The notes beneath the pieces were generated by a model. The model saw only the letters and a program-made list of their open reading frames with translations, made no database searches and was not told the origin of the DNA. From assembly GCF_024298765.1 (NCBI RefSeq), contig NZ_CP101210.1: a stretch of 64,000 nt of DNA. The stretch is one strand, 5' to 3'. A program made the position numbers and the translations under genes. This document shows positions 61,338 to 64,000 of the stretch, in pieces. The first letter of the stretch is position 1; every line of letters starts with the position of its first letter. The stretch comes from Escherichia coli. GTDB lineage: Bacteria > Pseudomonadota > Gammaproteobacteria > Enterobacterales > Enterobacteriaceae.

Positions 61338-61726
61338 AGATGAGTTATTGGGCGCTCATTTTAACGTTTATTGCTTGTGTCGCTGGTGGTCTTGTCTGGT
61401 CAGCGAATCACTATCATGGAAAGTTTCTGGAGGAGCAGAAGCGTGCTGATGCTGCGGAACAGCGAGCTGATTCTACTGAGGCTATCACCGCGAATGTTCT
61501 GCGTACTATGGCAATAACGAACATCATTCAGGAGGCGAATCAACATGCAAAACAGCAGATCGCACTGGAGTCACAGAGAACCCAGGAAGATATCAAAGTG
61601 GCTGTTGCGGATGATGATTGTGCTTCACGTCCTGTGCCTGCTGCCGCTGCTGACCGGTTGCGGAAGTACGCGAACAGTTTACGTCCAGGTTCCGGTAGTT
61701 CCGTTACCAGCCAGCCTGACGGCTGA
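61334..61726 (+). CDS. Rz-like inner-membrane spanin (i-spanin)
   Basis: 130-aa ORF; N-terminal TM then coiled-coil periplasmic domain; follows the endolysin. Confidence 0.75.
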   Translation: MKMSYWALILTFIACVAGGLVWSANHYHGKFLEEQKRADAAEQRADSTEAITANVLRTMAITNIIQEANQHAKQQIALESQRTQEDIKVAVADDDCASRPVPAAAADRLRKYANSLRPGSGSSVTSQPDG

Positions 61727-61880
61727 AACCCCTCAGCCTGATTTACCTGATCATTTTACGTGGGGCTCGAGCTTAGATCTGAATGTCGCCTTGTTGTCTG
61801 CATTGGCGCAGTGTAATACCGATAAAGCTGACATCAGAAGGATTGAAGTTGAGCGTGGTCACATCATGCAAAAAAAATGA
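61611..61880 (+). CDS. Rz1-like outer-membrane lipoprotein spanin (o-spanin), overlapping Rz in another frame
   Basis: Start at MMIVLHVLCLLPLLTGCGS (lipobox LTGC); proline-rich; overlaps the Rz 3' end. Confidence 0.7.
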   Translation: MMIVLHVLCLLPLLTGCGSTRTVYVQVPVVPLPASLTAETPQPDLPDHFTWGSSLDLNVALLSALAQCNTDKADIRRIEVERGHIMQKK

Positions 61881-61972
61881 TGTTAACTTTGTTTTGTTCC
61901 TTGATTTGATATGTGATGGCCCAATAGATACAAAGCACCTGATTTTGGTGACTCTTTTAAAGGGCTTTACAC

Positions 61973-62293
61973 ATGAAAGATGGTATCTATTTTGTTGTTT
62001 TCAGAAGCAATCAACGTGATTTTGGTAATGGTACCGTAGTTGTCAAAAACAATGCAGTAAATGGCGGAGATTTTGGTTTTACGTATCAGGGAAAAATTGA
62101 CGGTAGCCAACTTATTCTGCGCGTATCGCAGCATGATTTAAATGTCACCTCGGTTTTCCCTGGGGTAAAGAACTTTGAATTGAGTCTTTCTTTGCAGGAA
62201 CGAGGACGTGATTACCTGTTAAATGGATCTGTGGTCGGAATGCCTCAGATGCAAATTTCAATTAGTGCAAAATACATTGGTGATCTGATTTAG
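61973..62293 (+). CDS. GrlR-like (lipocalin-fold) family protein, tentative
   Basis: 106-aa ORF starting MKDGIYFVVFRSN, reminiscent of GrlR-family proteins from memory; followed by terminator aaccgcctccgggcggtttttta. Confidence 0.45.
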   Translation: MKDGIYFVVFRSNQRDFGNGTVVVKNNAVNGGDFGFTYQGKIDGSQLILRVSQHDLNVTSVFPGVKNFELSLSLQERGRDYLLNGSVVGMPQMQISISAKYIGDLI

Positions 62294-62385
62294 TTTATCG
62301 AGATGATAATTGAACCGCCTCCGGGCGGTTTTTTATTGCCATTTCTATGGTCTGTTCCATCGTAATAACTTAAAGGGAAGCATTA

Positions 62386-62736
62386 ATGCCGCCACGAACC
62401 CCGAAAGCCTGCCGTGTTCGCGGCTGCCGCCATACCACTACTGACCCTTCAGGCTACTGCGAAAGCCACAAAAGCGAAGGCTGGAAGCAATACAAACCTG
62501 GACAATCCCGTCATCAGCGCGGCTACGGTTCGAAGTGGGACAGTATCCGCGCTCGTGTTCTGAAGCGTGACAAAGGCCTGTGTCAGTTATGTCTGCGTGC
62601 TGGTGTGGTGCGTGAGGCGAAAACTGTTGACCACATCATCCCTAAAGCGCATGGCGGCACTGATGCCGACTGTAATCTGCAGAGTCTGTGCTGGCCGTGT
62701 CATAAGGCGAAGACGGCCCGTGAACGGTTGAAGTGA
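62386..62736 (+). CDS. HNH endonuclease (terminase-associated)
   Basis: 116-aa ORF; zinc/HNH motifs CRVRGCRH ... CQLCLRAG ... VDHIIPKAHGGTD ... NLQSLCWPCH; directly upstream of terminase. Confidence 0.85.
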   Translation: MPPRTPKACRVRGCRHTTTDPSGYCESHKSEGWKQYKPGQSRHQRGYGSKWDSIRARVLKRDKGLCQLCLRAGVVREAKTVDHIIPKAHGGTDADCNLQSLCWPCHKAKTARERLK

Positions 62737-62861
62737 TAATGATTCTCAACTGCCTGAGGGGAGGGGCGGGTCAAATCCCTGCGGCCTGACGTCTTCCGGA
62801 CTGCCCGCCCCATCGTTTTTTTATACCCGCGAAAAATGAAATTTAACCAGGAGTGCCGCAT

Positions 62862-63356
62862 ATGGCTGGAACGGCGGGGCGTTCCGGGCGTCGCCCCAAG
62901 CCAACGGCGCGCAAGGCGCTGGCCGGAAACCCCGGCAAGCGAGCCCTGAATAAAGATGAACCTGTTTTTACGCCCATCAAAGGTGTTGAGCCACCGGAGT
63001 GGTTCGCTGAAGAAGATCTCCCTCTCGCCACGATCATGTGGCAACTGACAACCAAAGAACTCTGCGGTCAGGGCCTGCTGTGCGTGACTGACCTCGCGGT
63101 GCTTGAGCGGTGGTGCGTGGCCTATGAGTTCTGGCGACGTGCCGTGAAAAATATTGCCAGCCAGGGCAACACCATTACCGGTGCAATGGGCGGTATGGTC
63201 AAAAACCCGGAGCTGACCGCCAAGAAAGAACAGGAGTCCGAGATGAGCAGCACGGGGGCAATGCTCGGACTCGACCCCAGCAGCCGCCAGCGTCTGATTG
63301 GCCTGGCGGGGAAGAAGAAAGCCACTAACCCGTTTCTGAAAATCATCGAGTCATGA
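62862..63356 (+). CDS. Terminase small subunit (P27-like family)
   Basis: Start at [14 protein letters not shown]; typical N-terminal basic region; stop overlaps the large-subunit ATG. Confidence 0.8.
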   Translation: MAGTAGRSGRRPKPTARKALAGNPGKRALNKDEPVFTPIKGVEPPEWFAEEDLPLATIMWQLTTKELCGQGLLCVTDLAVLERWCVAYEFWRRAVKNIASQGNTITGAMGGMVKNPELTAKKEQESEMSSTGAMLGLDPSSRQRLIGLAGKKKATNPFLKIIES

Positions 63357-64000
63357 GCCGGAAATCTTACCCCAACGTAAATGCTGCCAATCAGTATGCC
63401 CGGGATGTCGTGCGCGGAAAGATTGTTGCCTGCCAGTTTGTGATTCAGGCCTGCCAGCGCCATCTTGATGACCTGATGGCGGAAAAAAGTAAGTCGTTTC
63501 GTTACCGCTTCGACAAGGACCTGGCTGAACGGGCCGCGAAATTTATTCAGCTGTTGCCGCACACCAAGGGTGAGTGGGCATTCAAACGGATGCCCATCAC
63601 GCTGGAGCCGTGGCAGCTATTTGTGATCTGCTGTGCGTTTGGCTGGGTCAATAAAGGCACCCGGTTGCGCCGCTTCCGGGAGGTGTATACCGAAATCCCC
63701 CGTAAGAACGGCAAATCAGCAATCTCTGCCGGTGTTGCCCTGTATTGTTTTGCCTGTGATAACGAGTTTGGCGCGGAAGTGTATTCCGGTGCCACGACAG
63801 AGAAACAGGCGTGGGAAGTCTTTCGCCCGGCGCGACTGATGTGTAAACGCACACCCATGCTGACGGAAGCGTTCGGGATTGAGGTTAACGCCTCAAACAT
63901 GAACCGTCCGGAGGATGGCGCGCGGTTTGAACCGCTGATCGGCAACCCCGGTGATGGTTCATCACCCCACTGTGCCGTGGTTGATGAATATCACGAGCAT
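63353..64000 (+). CDS. Terminase large subunit, 5' part (truncated by window end)
   Basis: Hand-translated [29 protein letters not shown]... with Walker A-like [11 protein letters not shown]; open to the window end. Confidence 0.8.
   Translation, partial: MSRKSYPNVNAANQYARDVVRGKIVACQFVIQACQRHLDDLMAEKSKSFRYRFDKDLAERAAKFIQLLPHTKGEWAFKRMPITLEPWQLFVICCAFGWVNKGTRLRRFREVYTEIPRKNGKSAISAGVALYCFACDNEFGAEVYSGATTEKQAWEVFRPARLMCKRTPMLTEAFGIEVNASNMNRPEDGARFEPLIGNPGDGSSPHCAVVDEYHEH

Larger units (their letters stand above)
46593..64000. mobile_element. Lambdoid prophage (left end at att core; right end beyond the window)
   Basis: Contiguous int, xis-like, early genes, cI/cro, O with iterons, rusA, Q, lysis cassette, HNH, terminase; GC drop relative to the core. 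Confidence 0.9.

Overview
The window is an Escherichia coli chromosomal segment in two parts. Positions 1 to about 45910 are conserved core genome, in reverse-complement orientation relative to the K-12 map as I recall it: norW (partial), norV, norR, gutQ, srlR, gutM, srlDBEA, mltB, pncC, recA, recX, alaS, csrA, the serV-argVYZQ tRNA cluster, yqaB, yqaA, gshA, MicA sRNA, luxS, emrBAR, ygaH, ygaZ, ygaY, proXWV, nrdFEIH, ygaM, ygaC, alaE, stpA, ygaP, ygaV, yqaE, kbp, csiR, gabPTD, lhgO, csiD. From about 46590 to the window end there is a lambdoid prophage, truncated at position 64000 inside the large terminase gene. It starts at a 32-nt copy of the tmRNA (ssrA) 3' end and runs integrase, excisionase-like, YfdP/Q/R-like early genes, CI-like repressor, Cro-like, CII-like, O-like replication protein with iterons, Dam-like methyltransferase, RusA, KilA-N protein, DUF968 protein, Q antiterminator, lysis cassette, HNH endonuclease and terminase. 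The most interesting material is prophage cargo I could not assign to any family: a low-GC two-gene operon wedged between the att core and the integrase, a very AT-rich 296-aa membrane protein between xis and the early genes, a small ORF just after the late terminator, and a GrlR-like ORF after the lysis cassette. There is also an 18-bp perfect inverted repeat with a boxA-like motif in the leader of the leftward early operon. All family assignments are from reading the translations and from remembered gene order and protein sizes; no database search was run. Coordinates of non-ORF features are hand-counted and may be off by 1-2 nt.
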